From: an uncultured Pelagibacteraceae bacterium
GTDB lineage: Bacteria > Pseudomonadota > Alphaproteobacteria > Pelagibacterales > AG-422-B15
Length of the DNA: 64,000 bases
Assembly: GCA_902564025.1 (NCBI GenBank)
Contig: CACEZK010000005.1
Location: forward strand, 562-64,561
Reading direction: 5' to 3'
The first letter of the stretch is position 1, and every line of letters starts with the position of its first letter. The position numbers and the translations under genes were made by a program. The notes under the pieces were generated by a model. The model was not told where the DNA came from and ran no database searches. It was given only the letters and a program-made list of their open reading frames with translations. Shown here piece after piece: positions 50,828 through 61,262 of the stretch.

Positions 50828-51810
50828 TTTGATCTTATCTGTAAGAGCATTTGCTCAACTTTCTCAATTGATGTTTCGGGTAAAACCCCATGTCCTAAAT
50901 TGAAAATATGCGGTCTTTCTCTAAAAGCAAACAGTATTTCTTCAATCTTCTGACTAAGGTTTTGGGATTCTTTTAATAGGTGTTTAGGATCTAGATTTCC
51001 TTGAAAAACAATTTTATCGTTTAACTCATTAATTTTATCTAGAGGAAAACTATAATCTAAAGTAATACAGTCAAGATTGTCTATGTTTGAATATTTTTTA
51101 TAACATGCAAAATTAGTATTTCTGGGAAAGCCAATGATGGGAATGTCTTTTATTTTTTTTATACTTTCGGTTATTTTTTTTGTCGGTTGAATACACCATT
51201 TGTTGAACTGTTCGTCATTCAGGTATCCTGCGGCTGACTCAAATATTTGAAAAACATCAATCCCACAATCAATTTGCATTTCTGCGTGTTGAATAATGGC
51301 TTGTGTCATTTGTTCAATTAAATGATCTATTTGCGAAGTCTTTTTTGCAACGTCCTCGAATTTTATTTTTTGACGCTCATTCTTTTCATATAAACAATAA
51401 AACAGTGTTGTCCATGCTCCGCCAGCAAATCCTATTAAAGGGATATCTGTATTTTCTTTTATTTTTTTTATTCCTGTTGCAATAGGTAAGGTTTTTTCGT
51501 GATTATAACTCATGTTCTCATTAAACTTTACTACTGGACCTTGTCCTTCAACAAAACTAACACTTGAGCCTGCAGCAAAAGGGGTTATTAAAATGTCTGA
51601 AAACACAATACAGGCATCCATGCCATACCTGTTTACTGGTTGCAGGGAAACTTCAAGTATTGTCGAAGGATCAAGAAACATATCCATAAGACTTGTAAAC
51701 CGATTTCTGATATTTATGTATTCAGGCAAATGTCTTCCTGCCTGTCTCATTAACCAGACTGGTGTCGGGTTTGTTTTTTGTCCTTTAAGTGTGTCTATAA
51801 ATATACTCAT
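50824..51810 (-). CDS. hemE: uroporphyrinogen decarboxylase
   Basis: PVWLMRQAGR, FSDIL, LIGFAG, QGNLDP, IFNLGHG; true start MSIFI at 51810 (the ORF-track extension runs through oriC). Confidence 0.95.
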   Translation of the reverse strand: MSIFIDTLKGQKTNPTPVWLMRQAGRHLPEYINIRNRFTSLMDMFLDPSTILEVSLQPVNRYGMDACIVFSDILITPFAAGSSVSFVEGQGPVVKFNENMSYNHEKTLPIATGIKKIKENTDIPLIGFAGGAWTTLFYCLYEKNERQKIKFEDVAKKTSQIDHLIEQMTQAIIQHAEMQIDCGIDVFQIFESAAGYLNDEQFNKWCIQPTKKITESIKKIKDIPIIGFPRNTNFACYKKYSNIDNLDCITLDYSFPLDKINELNDKIVFQGNLDPKHLLKESQNLSQKIEEILFAFRERPHIFNLGHGVLPETSIEKVEQMLLQIRSK

Positions 51811-52090
51811 TATATTATATATATAATTGTAGTTGTTTATGTTCCTGTGGAATTGTGTATATATAAAAAGTCGCTTTTTGCCCACAATTCGATACACAGA
51901 ACAATCGCTTTGAATTATATGCTTTTTAACCTTATACACCGACGTGGAAGAAAACTGCAATATCCCCAACAAGTGAACAAAGTTTGCAAAAGTTCTCAAT
52001 AAAGATAGAAAAATAAGTTAAAAATTACAGATGGGCAAAGATAGTAAAAGTACTCACAGGTCTTAGAGGGTTTATACAGGTTTATGAACA
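51811..52090. other. oriC: chromosomal replication origin oriC
   Basis: hemE/maf divergent gap (canonical alphaproteobacterial oriC position); pure-AT run 51811-51828; degenerate DnaA boxes TGTGTATAT 51854, TTGCCCACA 51878, CGATACACA 51890, TTATACACC 51932, ATATCCCCA 51960, GTACTCACA 52050, TTATGAACA 52082; flanking operons point away. Confidence 0.85.
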
Positions 52091-52689
52091 GGGATATAAT
52101 TTTAGCATCTAAAAGTGAAACAAGAATTAAATTGTTACGCAACGCCGGCATAACTTTTGAGCCCGTTGCCCATGGTGTTGATGAGGACGAGGTAAAGCTG
52201 TCGATGAGCAAAAACACACCCGAAGAGGTTGTGGTTAAACTTGCTGAGATGAAGGCCTTGAAGCCTTCCATGTCTAATAAAGGTGCATTTGTTATTGGAT
52301 CAGACCAGGGTTTGGATCTGAAAGGTGAATTAATTAATAAGGCTAGGGACAGAAACGAAGCAAAAGACCAATTGTTGAAAATGAGTGGATGTATCCACAC
52401 ACTCATAACTGCCACAACAGTCGCTCAAGACAACAACATTATTTGGAAGTATGTAGACAGATCTAAAATGCATATGAGAAAACTAAGCGAGGATCTGATA
52501 AAAGAGTATTTAAATAAAGTCGACGATAATATTCTTGGTCTTGTAGGCGTCTATGCAATAGAGAACGAAGGAATTAAACTTTTTGAAAATATTGGGAGCG
52601 ACCTTTTTTCAATACAAGGCATATCATTAATTCAATTAACCCAGTTCCTTTGGGATAATAATCTTCTATTTGAAAACAATGGCACATAA
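52084..52689 (+). CDS. maf: Maf-family nucleoside triphosphate pyrophosphatase
   Basis: IILASKSETR, VDE, KA, IGSDQ, GVYAIE. Confidence 0.92.
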   Translation: MNRDIILASKSETRIKLLRNAGITFEPVAHGVDEDEVKLSMSKNTPEEVVVKLAEMKALKPSMSNKGAFVIGSDQGLDLKGELINKARDRNEAKDQLLKMSGCIHTLITATTVAQDNNIIWKYVDRSKMHMRKLSEDLIKEYLNKVDDNILGLVGVYAIENEGIKLFENIGSDLFSIQGISLIQLTQFLWDNNLLFENNGT

Positions 52690-53494
52690 AAAAACAGCAG
52701 TTATTGGAGACCCAATAGATCATAGTCTTTCACCTAAAATTCATAATCACTGGATTGAAAGCAAGCAAATTGATGTGGGCGCCTATCAAAAAATAAATGT
52801 AAAAAAAGAAAACTTTATAAGGGATGTTGATGGTTTAATAGAAGAGGGTTACTACGGTTTAAACGTTACAGTTCCCCTTAAGGAGGACGCATATAAATAT
52901 TGTGATAACACATCTGATGTTGCAAGAACCCTCAAAGCAGTCAACACACTCATAGTAAATAAAGATGGTGTTTATGGGGATAACACCGACCCGATTGGCT
53001 TTGAAAAATCAATTGCAAACAAAGGCCTAAATAACAAGTTGTGTTTGGTGCTTGGAGCCGGTGGATCAGCAAGGGCGGTTGTATATGCGCTAACACACAT
53101 GAAGTGTGAGATTGGTATCTATAATAGAACAAGAGAAAACGCAGAGTCGCTTTGCAGTGATCTTGGTGTTGAAGCAACAGTTTTAACAGAAAAGACAATC
53201 AGTGAGTTTATCGGATCCTCACATTTAGTTGTTAACACAACAAGCTTAGGACAGCAAGAGGGCGAAGAAAACAATTTAATAGACTTTAGTAGTTTAAATT
53301 CATCTGCACATGTTTACGATCTTATATATAATCCAAGTAAGACAACTTTTCTAAGACAGGCCGAAAAAAATGGCTGTACAGTTCAAAATGGACTGGAGAT
53401 GCTAATCCATCAAGCTGCCCAGTCCTTCAATGTGTGGCACGACATAATGCCTGAAATTGATGAGGAATTAATGAGTGTATTGGGGGCTAACTAA
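52679..53494 (+). CDS. aroE: shikimate dehydrogenase
   Basis: GDPIDHSLSP, NVTVPLK, AVNT, DNTD, GAGGSAR, DLIYNP, GLEMLIHQA. Confidence 0.96.
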   Translation: MAHKKTAVIGDPIDHSLSPKIHNHWIESKQIDVGAYQKINVKKENFIRDVDGLIEEGYYGLNVTVPLKEDAYKYCDNTSDVARTLKAVNTLIVNKDGVYGDNTDPIGFEKSIANKGLNNKLCLVLGAGGSARAVVYALTHMKCEIGIYNRTRENAESLCSDLGVEATVLTEKTISEFIGSSHLVVNTTSLGQQEGEENNLIDFSSLNSSAHVYDLIYNPSKTTFLRQAEKNGCTVQNGLEMLIHQAAQSFNVWHDIMPEIDEELMSVLGAN

Positions 53495-54117
53495 TGTTGT
53501 TGGTTGGTATAACAGGATCTATTGGAATGGGAAAATCCACAGTTGCTCAAATGTTTAAAGAGCACGGTTACGGTGTTTATAATGCTGACGATACAGTTCA
53601 TTACATCTACGAAAACGATGAAGAGGTTATAGAAAAAGTAGAGAGACAGTTTCCAGGCTCAACGAAAGATGGTGTAGTCAATCGATTAGCATTAAGAGAT
53701 ATCCTAAATAAAGACCCTGATAAATTTAGAGACCTAGAACAAATTGTTCATCCTGTAACAAGGAAATACCAAATAATTTACATAAAAAAATTAATTGAAG
53801 AAGGAAAGATGGGTTGTGTTTTAGACATTCCATTACTCTTTGAAACTGGAGGAGAAAAATATGTAGACGTTTCTGTGGTGGTGACAGCATCTGAAGCAAC
53901 ACAACAATCCAGAGTGGTTTTGGAGAGAAAAGTGCCGTTAGAAATTTTTAATGCTATTAAAGATCAACAAATGCCAGATAGAGACAAATTAAAAAAAGCA
54001 GATTACATCATTTCAACCGATAATAATATTGAAGGTACCAAATTAGAGGTAAAAGAAGTTGCTGCAAAAATTAAATTGATTAATCCAAAGGCGTGGAATA
54101 CCTTCTTTAATCAATGA
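53494..54117 (+). CDS. coaE: dephospho-CoA kinase
   Basis: GITGSIGMGKST, IVHP, DIPLLFE. Confidence 0.96.
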   Translation: MLLVGITGSIGMGKSTVAQMFKEHGYGVYNADDTVHYIYENDEEVIEKVERQFPGSTKDGVVNRLALRDILNKDPDKFRDLEQIVHPVTRKYQIIYIKKLIEEGKMGCVLDIPLLFETGGEKYVDVSVVVTASEATQQSRVVLERKVPLEIFNAIKDQQMPDRDKLKKADYIISTDNNIEGTKLEVKEVAAKIKLINPKAWNTFFNQ

Positions 54118-54824
54118 GACAAGTCGTACTTGATACAGAAACCACCGGACTAAGGCCTTCAGAGGGTCACAGAGTCATTGAAATTGCTGCAATAGAAATA
54201 ATTGATTATCTACCCACCGGTAAAACATATCAACAATATATTAATCCTCAGCGAGATGTGCCTGATTCATCATTTAAGGTGCATGGATTGAGCTACGAAT
54301 TTTTAAAAGACAAACCTTTGTTCGAGCATATTGTATCAGAGTTCTTAGAATTTTTAGGTGCGGACCCAATTATTGCTCACAATGTGGACTTTGATGTTGG
54401 TTTCTTAAATTACGAGCTTAATACTTGTGGCAAAGAATCCCTTAAAAACAATAAAATAGACACCGTCTCGATTGCTAGAGAAAAATTTCCTGGCCAGAGT
54501 GTTTCACTTGATGCGCTCTGTAAAAGATTTGCCATTGATAACAAGCAGAGAGAAAAACATTCAGCTACAATTGATACCGAGCTCCTAGCCCGTGTGTACA
54601 TAGAACTAATGGATGCTCGCGAACCAAGCCTGGATCTAAGCTCCAGGTCAGTAACGGTGAACTCTACCTCATCTTTTGACACTGAAAAGATCAAGAATAG
54701 AAATTTAGCACCTCGGATTTCTGATCAAGAAAAAAAACTGCATGAAGAATTTATTCAAACATTAGGCGAGCACTCTATTTGGAAAAAAATTAATCAATCT
54801 AAAAATAATCAAACAAGTGAATAA
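54114..54824 (+). CDS. dnaQ: DNA polymerase III epsilon subunit
   Basis: VLDTETTG, AHNVDFD, SLDALC, HSATID ExoI-III motifs. Confidence 0.96.
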   Translation: MRQVVLDTETTGLRPSEGHRVIEIAAIEIIDYLPTGKTYQQYINPQRDVPDSSFKVHGLSYEFLKDKPLFEHIVSEFLEFLGADPIIAHNVDFDVGFLNYELNTCGKESLKNNKIDTVSIAREKFPGQSVSLDALCKRFAIDNKQREKHSATIDTELLARVYIELMDAREPSLDLSSRSVTVNSTSSFDTEKIKNRNLAPRISDQEKKLHEEFIQTLGEHSIWKKINQSKNNQTSE

Positions 54825-55629
54825 CAAGATTAATCATACTCCTAGCGATAACGGCAATTATCAACAAGTGCCTACGTCAGCCGCATCAGTGTTGCTTATA
54901 CGAGACACCAACCAGCGGATAGAAGTGTTTATGATTAAAAGATCGATGAAAACAAATTTTGGCGGTGTATGGGTATTTCCAGGGGGTAAAATTGACAATG
55001 AAGATATCTCTAATAATTATTTAAAATACAGCCCTCGTCTTGATGATGCCTTGGCATCTGAAAGACTTGGATTAAAAAAAAATGGCCTTTCATATTGGGC
55101 TGCATGTATCAGGGAGTGCTTTGAGGAAAGTGGAATTCTACTTGCGAATAAAAAGGGAGTAAATTTAAAAAATACTGTTCTCAACAAGGATGATCTAAAA
55201 ATAATAGATCAATACAAAAGCAAAATTCTAAAAGGTGAAAATATTTTTTATGAAATGATAGACACTTTAAATCTAGAATTAGCAACAAATGAACTTGCAT
55301 ATATTTCACACTGGGTTACTCCAAAAATAGAGAAAAGAAGATACAGCACTAGATTTTTTATAGCCCGTACAACCGATCAGGTAGCCGTACACGATGGAGT
55401 GGAGGGAGTTGAAAGCAAATGGATTAATCCTGAAGAAGCCCTTCAAGAGAGTAAATCTGGAAATTTTCCTATGATTATGCCAACAATAAAAAATCTTGAG
55501 ATGATTTGTGGTTTCAACGATACTGCTGAGCTCTTGTCTACTATGAACAACAAAAATAAAAGTGACATACCTAATGTTGAGCCAGTTTTTGAAATTGTGG
55601 ACGGTGAACCTAAATTAGTTCGCTATTAA
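54817..55629 (+). CDS. NUDIX hydrolase (Nudt19-like)
   Basis: VFPGGKID, split Nudix box IRECFEESG, WVTP...RRYSTRFF, PT. Confidence 0.85.
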   Translation: MNNKINHTPSDNGNYQQVPTSAASVLLIRDTNQRIEVFMIKRSMKTNFGGVWVFPGGKIDNEDISNNYLKYSPRLDDALASERLGLKKNGLSYWAACIRECFEESGILLANKKGVNLKNTVLNKDDLKIIDQYKSKILKGENIFYEMIDTLNLELATNELAYISHWVTPKIEKRRYSTRFFIARTTDQVAVHDGVEGVESKWINPEEALQESKSGNFPMIMPTIKNLEMICGFNDTAELLSTMNNKNKSDIPNVEPVFEIVDGEPKLVRY

Positions 55630-56048
55630 TTATTACTTGTTTTCTTTTTATAAAGTTCAGCAAAGTTCACAGGGTCTAACATAAGTGGTGGTAAAGCACC
55701 ATCAGCATGTAAGTCGTAAATAATTCTTCTTGCAAATGGAAAAAGTTGTCTCGGACATTCTACTAGTAAGTAAGCTTCCTTAACATCGTCAGTAAGATTT
55801 TCAATTTCAAATATTCCAACGTACTTTAGGTCTACGATATACAAACTCTGATTCGCGCGTGAAGCATTTACACTCACGTTTAGCTCGACTTCATAAATAT
55901 TGGTATCTTTTTTATTTTGTGCTTTGACATCAACATTTGCATTAATATTGGGTCGATCGCTACCTGGTTGAAATGATCCTGGTCCATTAGGATTTTCAAA
56001 TGATAAGTCTCTAATAAATTGTGTGATAATTTTTGTTTTTACATCCAC
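55626..56048 (-). CDS. secB: protein export chaperone SecB
   Basis: QFIRDLSFENP, CPRQLFPFAR, PPLMLDPVNF. Confidence 0.95.
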   Translation of the reverse strand: MDVKTKIITQFIRDLSFENPNGPGSFQPGSDRPNINANVDVKAQNKKDTNIYEVELNVSVNASRANQSLYIVDLKYVGIFEIENLTDDVKEAYLLVECPRQLFPFARRIIYDLHADGALPPLMLDPVNFAELYKKKTSNN

Positions 56049-56050
56049 TA

Positions 56051-56479
56051 TTATTTTTCCTCTTCATCAATATCAATGAATTCACCCTCAATGGTATTTT
56101 TATTCTGATTACTTTGCTTACCATATCTAGAAAGAATATAACTTGCTACTAACTTTATGAAAATTATTCTAGTGAATGGTATCAATCCTAGAAAACCTAA
56201 AGCATCAGTAAAAAATCCAGGAGTAATTAAAAGAATACCAGAGATAAGGATGACTAGCCCTTCAAACATCGTCTGAACAGGTGTTTCTAAATTTTGCAAT
56301 TGAAACGTTAACTTTTGAAATGCGCTTATTCCTTGCTGACGGACAAAAAATACACCCACAATTGCAGTGATGAATATAAGTATTATGGTGTAGAACGATC
56401 CAATAATGCTCCCAATTTCAATAAATAAACTAATTTCAATGATTGGGATAAGTATAAAAAGTACAATAAATAAAAACAA
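56051..56479 (-). CDS. fxsA: FxsA family membrane protein
   Basis: PIIEI, VRQQG, LLITPGFFTD, IEGEF. Confidence 0.92.
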   Translation of the reverse strand: MFLFIVLFILIPIIEISLFIEIGSIIGSFYTIILIFITAIVGVFFVRQQGISAFQKLTFQLQNLETPVQTMFEGLVILISGILLITPGFFTDALGFLGLIPFTRIIFIKLVASYILSRYGKQSNQNKNTIEGEFIDIDEEEK

Positions 56480-56494
56480 AATAAGTAAGTAATT

Positions 56495-56522
56495 GTTGAA
56501 AGTTTAGTTTAAATACCTAAAT
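56495..56522 (+). promoter_or_regulatory. RpoH-like promoter upstream of the Tim44-domain gene
   Basis: GTTGAA-15 nt-CCTAAAT resembles alphaproteobacterial RpoH CTTGAA-N15/16-CCTATAT. Confidence 0.45.
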
Positions 56523-56546
56523 AAGGACTCTATAATATTTAACTAT

Positions 56547-57161
56547 ATGAGTGAAGCATTTCAATATATTGATATTCTAATCCTAGCGATAATAGCAGGA
56601 ATAGTTCTTTTGCGCCTTAGAAGTGTTCTTGGAAGGCGAACTGGCCACGAAAAAACAGATAAAACTTCATATAACTATGAAACTCCTCAACAATCTTCAG
56701 AAGAAAAAATTGTAACTATCGAACCAAAAGTTTCTTCAGGTTCAAGAGAAGACGGTTGGTTTGATAAAGATGATTTTTTACGCGGTGCATCAAACGCGTA
56801 TGAAACGATCGTCACAAATTTTGAAAATGGTAATAAAGATGCCCTTAAGCCTTTGCTATCTAATGAAGTGTTAAGTAGCTTTACGTCAGTAATAGATGAA
56901 CGAAACAGTAAAAACGAAACTGTAGAATTTAATTTTATAGGTATAGAAAAATCTGAAATTGTTCATAAAGATCTGAAAAAAAATCCTATGGAAGTAACAG
57001 TGAGATTTATTTCAGAAATGATTACATGTATTAAAAACAGTAAAGATGAAGTAATTTCAGGAAGCCTTAATCAGGTGCAAAAAATTACAGACGTTTGGAC
57101 TTTTGAAAAAATAAAAGATAAAAAAACTTCTAATTGGTTATTAACCGCGACCTCTGATTAA
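56547..57161 (+). CDS. Tim44/TimA domain protein
   Basis: LRLRSVLGRRTG, FLRGA..AYE, DVWTF, WLL; divergent from fxsA. Confidence 0.92.
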   Translation: MSEAFQYIDILILAIIAGIVLLRLRSVLGRRTGHEKTDKTSYNYETPQQSSEEKIVTIEPKVSSGSREDGWFDKDDFLRGASNAYETIVTNFENGNKDALKPLLSNEVLSSFTSVIDERNSKNETVEFNFIGIEKSEIVHKDLKKNPMEVTVRFISEMITCIKNSKDEVISGSLNQVQKITDVWTFEKIKDKKTSNWLLTATSD

Positions 57162-57586
57162 TTAATCAAATACTTATTTAACTTTTCTTTTATATTGTCT
57201 GGAATTTTAGAAGACTTCATACTTTCTTGGTCTGTATTAACCCAAGTAATAACTGCTTCATTTATAATTTCATCGGATCCAGATCTATAAATTTCTTGTG
57301 TAAAAGTCATACTCGAGTTTCCGAGTTTTTTTATTCCTGTGTAAACTTCGAGCTGATCGTTTAATCTTGCAGGACTTTTAAAATTCATTTGCACACCAAC
57401 CGTGTGAAAATCGTTATTAGTCTTTTTTACATATTCGTCCTGATCAAAACAATCTTCGAGCATCTCACTGAGAGAAATGTCAAAATATGTTAAATAATGT
57501 GAATTATAAACTATTCTCTGACAATCAACTTCTGAGTAACGAACCTTTATCTTGTTTAAATGAGTTTTTTTTGTTTTCAGTGACAT
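57158..57586 (-). CDS. acyl-CoA thioesterase, YbgC/4HBT family
   Basis: VRYSEVD.QRIVYNSHYLTYFD, FKSPA, LGNSS. Confidence 0.88.
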   Translation of the reverse strand: MSLKTKKTHLNKIKVRYSEVDCQRIVYNSHYLTYFDISLSEMLEDCFDQDEYVKKTNNDFHTVGVQMNFKSPARLNDQLEVYTGIKKLGNSSMTFTQEIYRSGSDEIINEAVITWVNTDQESMKSSKIPDNIKEKLNKYLIN

Positions 57587-57591
57587 AAAAA

Positions 57592-58896
57592 TTAGAGAAT
57601 GTACTTGGAAAGATCAGTATCTTTAGATAACTCATTCACGTTATCTTTAACGTAGTTTGCATCAATTGTAATTTTTTCTCCACCTTTATCTGCTGCAGAG
57701 AAACTGATATCTTCTAACACCCTCTCAAGAATGGTATGCAAACGACGAGCGCCAATATTTTCTATAGTTGAGTTTATATTCACAGCTAAGGTTGCTATGG
57801 CATCGATTCCGTCCTCACTAAAGCTTATTTTTACATCTTCAGTACCCATCAGTGCCTCATACTGTTTTATCAAGCTATATTTGGGTTCTGTCAGGATACG
57901 TTTAAAGTCCTCTTGTGAGAGTGCTTTGAGATTAACCCTTATTGGTAATCTGCCCTGTAATTCTGGCAATAGATCAGATGGTTTTGACAGTTGAAAGGCT
58001 CCAGAAGCTATAAAAAGTATATGATCAGTCTTGATTGTTCCGTGTTTAGTATTAACTGTTGTTCCCTCAATTAAAGGTAACAAATCTCTTTGAACACCTT
58101 CCCTTGAAACATCACCACCAACCCTTTCACTTCTTGCGCAAACTTTGTCTATTTCATCAATAAATACAATTCCATTGTCTTCGACTGCTTTTTTTGCCTC
58201 ATTCACAATGTGATCAGTATCAATTAATTTATCTGACTCTTCATTAACCAAGATCTCATAAGAGTCGGCAACTGTTGTTTTTTTCTTTTTAGTTTTTGGT
58301 CCCATAGCTTTACCAAGCATATCGTTTAGATTTATCATTCCTATACCAGCACCTTGTCCACCTTGAAGGTCGATTGTTGGAAATGATCCGGTATCTTGAA
58401 CAGCTATTTCAATTTCTTTTTCATTGAGCTCATTATTTCTAAGTTTTTTTCTGAAACTTTCTCTTGTAGCAGGCCCAGATCCTGGTCCAACTAAAGCATC
58501 TAGTACACGTTCTTCAGCAGCTAATTGTGCTTTTGCCTTTACTTCTTTTCTTTTTATCTCACGAACCATTGTAATTGCTATTTCAATCAAATCACGAACA
58601 ATAGATTCAACATCTCTACCTACATAACCAACTTCTGTAAATTTTGTTGCTTCAACTTTTATAAACGGTGCTTGTGCTAATTTTGAGAGCCTTCTGGAAA
58701 TTTCAGTTTTACCAATTCCAGTAGGACCAATCATTAAAATATTTTTTGGAAGAACCTCTTCTCTCATATCCTCTGGTAATTGCTGACGTCGCCAACGATT
58801 CCTTAATGCTATGGCTACAGATTTTTTTGCATCATCTTGGCCAATAATATATCTATCAAGTTCGGAAACAATTTCCCTTGGTGAAAATGCCTGCAT
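57592..58896 (-). CDS. hslU: HslUV protease ATPase subunit
   Basis: [49 protein letters not shown]. Confidence 0.98.
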   Translation of the reverse strand: MQAFSPREIVSELDRYIIGQDDAKKSVAIALRNRWRRQQLPEDMREEVLPKNILMIGPTGIGKTEISRRLSKLAQAPFIKVEATKFTEVGYVGRDVESIVRDLIEIAITMVREIKRKEVKAKAQLAAEERVLDALVGPGSGPATRESFRKKLRNNELNEKEIEIAVQDTGSFPTIDLQGGQGAGIGMINLNDMLGKAMGPKTKKKKTTVADSYEILVNEESDKLIDTDHIVNEAKKAVEDNGIVFIDEIDKVCARSERVGGDVSREGVQRDLLPLIEGTTVNTKHGTIKTDHILFIASGAFQLSKPSDLLPELQGRLPIRVNLKALSQEDFKRILTEPKYSLIKQYEALMGTEDVKISFSEDGIDAIATLAVNINSTIENIGARRLHTILERVLEDISFSAADKGGEKITIDANYVKDNVNELSKDTDLSKYIL

Positions 58897-58899
58897 TAT

Positions 58900-59451
58900 C
58901 TAATACTCAATTTTTTCAAGTGTAACATTGCTGTTTGTGAAAACACAAATTTCGCCAGCAATTTTTAGTGACTTTAAAGCAATTTCCTCAGCGGTAAGAT
59001 CAGTATCAATCAGCGCTTTAGCAGCGGATAGTGCATAATTACCACCGCTACCAATTCCAATAATTGACCCTTCAGGGTCTAACACATCACCCATTCCAGT
59101 AATTAGAAGTGAAGTAGAAGAGTCTGCAACTGTAAGAAGTGCTTCTAGGCGCCTTAAATATTTGTCGGTACGCCAATCTTTCGCCAGTTCAACACATGCT
59201 CTGGTAAGCTGTTTAGGATGCTTTTCTAGTTTCGCTTCCAGTCTTTCAAATAAAGTAAATGCATCTGCAGTTGCTCCGGCAAAACCAGCGATAACACTAC
59301 CATCACCTATTTTTCTAACCTTTTGGGCAGTTCCTTTAATGACTGTATTTCCAAGACTAACTTGTCCGTCTCCCGCGACAACAACCTGATTACCTTTTCT
59401 TACACTAATAATAGTTGTGCCGTGCCATGATTGACTTTGTTGATTTTCCAT
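58900..59451 (-). CDS. hslV: HslUV protease peptidase subunit
   Basis: [38 protein letters not shown]. Confidence 0.98.
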   Translation of the reverse strand: MENQQSQSWHGTTIISVRKGNQVVVAGDGQVSLGNTVIKGTAQKVRKIGDGSVIAGFAGATADAFTLFERLEAKLEKHPKQLTRACVELAKDWRTDKYLRRLEALLTVADSSTSLLITGMGDVLDPEGSIIGIGSGGNYALSAAKALIDTDLTAEEIALKSLKIAGEICVFTNSNVTLEKIEY

Positions 59452-59461
59452 GTTGTATGTT

Positions 59462-59489
59462 ATGTGGCTATTTATTTATTAACTTCAAG
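59462..59489 (-). promoter_or_regulatory. RpoH (sigma32) promoter of hslVU
   Basis: CTTGAA-16 nt-CCACAT on the minus strand, 10 nt before the hslV ATG. Confidence 0.65.
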
Positions 59490-59566
59490 CCCTGACTTTT
59501 CATTAAAAATTACATTTTTTATAGATAATTCAGTGATTTATTGATAGAAACCGACTGGATTTTGTT

Positions 59567-60166
59567 ATGAGAACAGCAGAGTATAAAAGAGACACGAAAG
59601 AAACCTCTATCTCTGTCGATATTAATATCGACGGAACAGGTAAGTACGATATCAAGACTGGCATAGGATTTCTTGACCACATGCTTGAACAACTGTCAAA
59701 GCACTCACTGATTGATATGAAGATAAAAGCAACAGGAGATACTCACATTGATTATCACCATACAACTGAGGATACAGGCATTGCAATTGGCGAATGTTTA
59801 TCAAAAGCATTAGGTAATCGACAAGGTATTACACGTTATGCGCACTCATATATTCCCATGGATGAAACGTTATCAAGAGTTGCGCTTGATCTATCAAATA
59901 GACCTTATTTAATTTGGAAAGTAAAATTTAGTGCTCCTAAGATAACATCTTCTCAAGGTGACTTTGATACTGAATTATTTAAAGAATGGTTCCAAGCTTT
60001 CGCACAAGCAAGTGGAACAACATTACATGTGGAAAATATTCATGGAGAAAACAACCATCATATAATTGAATCTTGCTTTAAGGCTTTGGCAAGAAGTTTA
60101 AGAAATGCTGTTGCAATTAATGAGCGAGAAGGAATGAACATTCCTTCTACCAAAGGACAACTTTAA
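59567..60166 (+). CDS. hisB: imidazoleglycerol-phosphate dehydratase
   Basis: [35 protein letters not shown]. Confidence 0.97.
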   Translation: MRTAEYKRDTKETSISVDINIDGTGKYDIKTGIGFLDHMLEQLSKHSLIDMKIKATGDTHIDYHHTTEDTGIAIGECLSKALGNRQGITRYAHSYIPMDETLSRVALDLSNRPYLIWKVKFSAPKITSSQGDFDTELFKEWFQAFAQASGTTLHVENIHGENNHHIIESCFKALARSLRNAVAINEREGMNIPSTKGQL

Positions 60167-60168
60167 CA

Positions 60169-60627
60169 ATGATTAAAGAAGGCCAAAAGTTACCTTCATT
60201 CAAACTTAAAAATCAGAAAGATGAAGAAGTTAAATTTCCTACAAAAGAGGACACGGTAATTTATTTTTATCCTAAAGCGGATACTCCAGGTTGTACAAAA
60301 GAGTCTTGTGATTTCCAAAACAATCTTCGAAAGCTAAACAATCTAAAGGTAAGAGTTTATGGTATATCCAAAGATACCGTTCAAAAACAAAACAAATTTG
60401 CTGAAAAATACAAATTAAAATTTGATCTTCTTTCTGATGAGAGTGATAAAATCTGCGAAAAATTTGGTGTATGGATTAAAAAAAGTATGTATGGCAGAAC
60501 GTACAAGGGCATAGATAGATCTACATTTCTTATTATGAAAGGCAAGGTCGTAAAGGTATGGAGAAAAGTGAAAGTAAATAATCATGTAGAGGAAGTTATT
60601 GATACTATTAAACAAATGAATAAATGA
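60169..60627 (+). CDS. bcp: peroxiredoxin Bcp
   Basis: YFYPKADTPGCTKESC, GISKD, RSTFLI. Confidence 0.93.
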   Translation: MIKEGQKLPSFKLKNQKDEEVKFPTKEDTVIYFYPKADTPGCTKESCDFQNNLRKLNNLKVRVYGISKDTVQKQNKFAEKYKLKFDLLSDESDKICEKFGVWIKKSMYGRTYKGIDRSTFLIMKGKVVKVWRKVKVNNHVEEVIDTIKQMNK

Positions 60628-61262
60628 AGTTAGTAATTATCAACTACGGCTCAGGAAATTTACATTCAGTACACAAGGCATTTGAAGCCGTAAACAATAA
60701 CTTAGAAAATCCATATGAAATTATTGTTACAAACACACCATTTGAAATATTAAACGCCGATAAATTAGTTCTCCCTGGAGTTGGAGCTTTTCAAGACTGT
60801 AAGAACGCAATTCACAAAATAGACGGTCTATTTGAAAGTCTTGAACAAGTGGTAATTGGCGAAAAAAAAGCTTTTATGGGCATTTGTGTTGGAATGCAAT
60901 TACTAGCAGAAAAATCCTTAGAATTTGGTGAATGTGAGGGCTTTGGATGGATACCCGGAGAAGTAATCAAGATCGAGGCTCCAGCTGATTATAAAATTCC
61001 ACACATGGGATGGAATGAAGTCACTTTTCGCAATCATGAATTATTGAATAATATTTCACAAAATACTGATTTTTATTTTGTGCACAGTTACTACTTTAGA
61101 ACTCAAAAAAATGAAAATTGTATTGCAACTACAAAATATCCAAATCCAATTACTGCAGCAGTACTCAAGGAAAATATTTTTGGTACACAATTTCATCCAG
61201 AAAAAAGTCATAATAACGGAAAACAAATAATTACAAACTTTCTCGAGTGGGAACCTTCATGA
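60624..61262 (+). CDS. hisH: imidazole glycerol phosphate synthase amidotransferase subunit
   Basis: YGSGNLHSV, LPGVGAF, GICVGMQ, PHMGWN, YFVHSY, QFHPEKS. Confidence 0.96.
   Translation: MKLVIINYGSGNLHSVHKAFEAVNNNLENPYEIIVTNTPFEILNADKLVLPGVGAFQDCKNAIHKIDGLFESLEQVVIGEKKAFMGICVGMQLLAEKSLEFGECEGFGWIPGEVIKIEAPADYKIPHMGWNEVTFRNHELLNNISQNTDFYFVHSYYFRTQKNENCIATTKYPNPITAAVLKENIFGTQFHPEKSHNNGKQIITNFLEWEPS

Noticed and set aside
51811-51999. 63-aa N-terminal extension of hemE in the ORF track, plus ORFs 51778-52002 and 51996-52415
   Set aside because: They run across oriC or antisense to maf; HemE similarity starts at MSIFI (51810)
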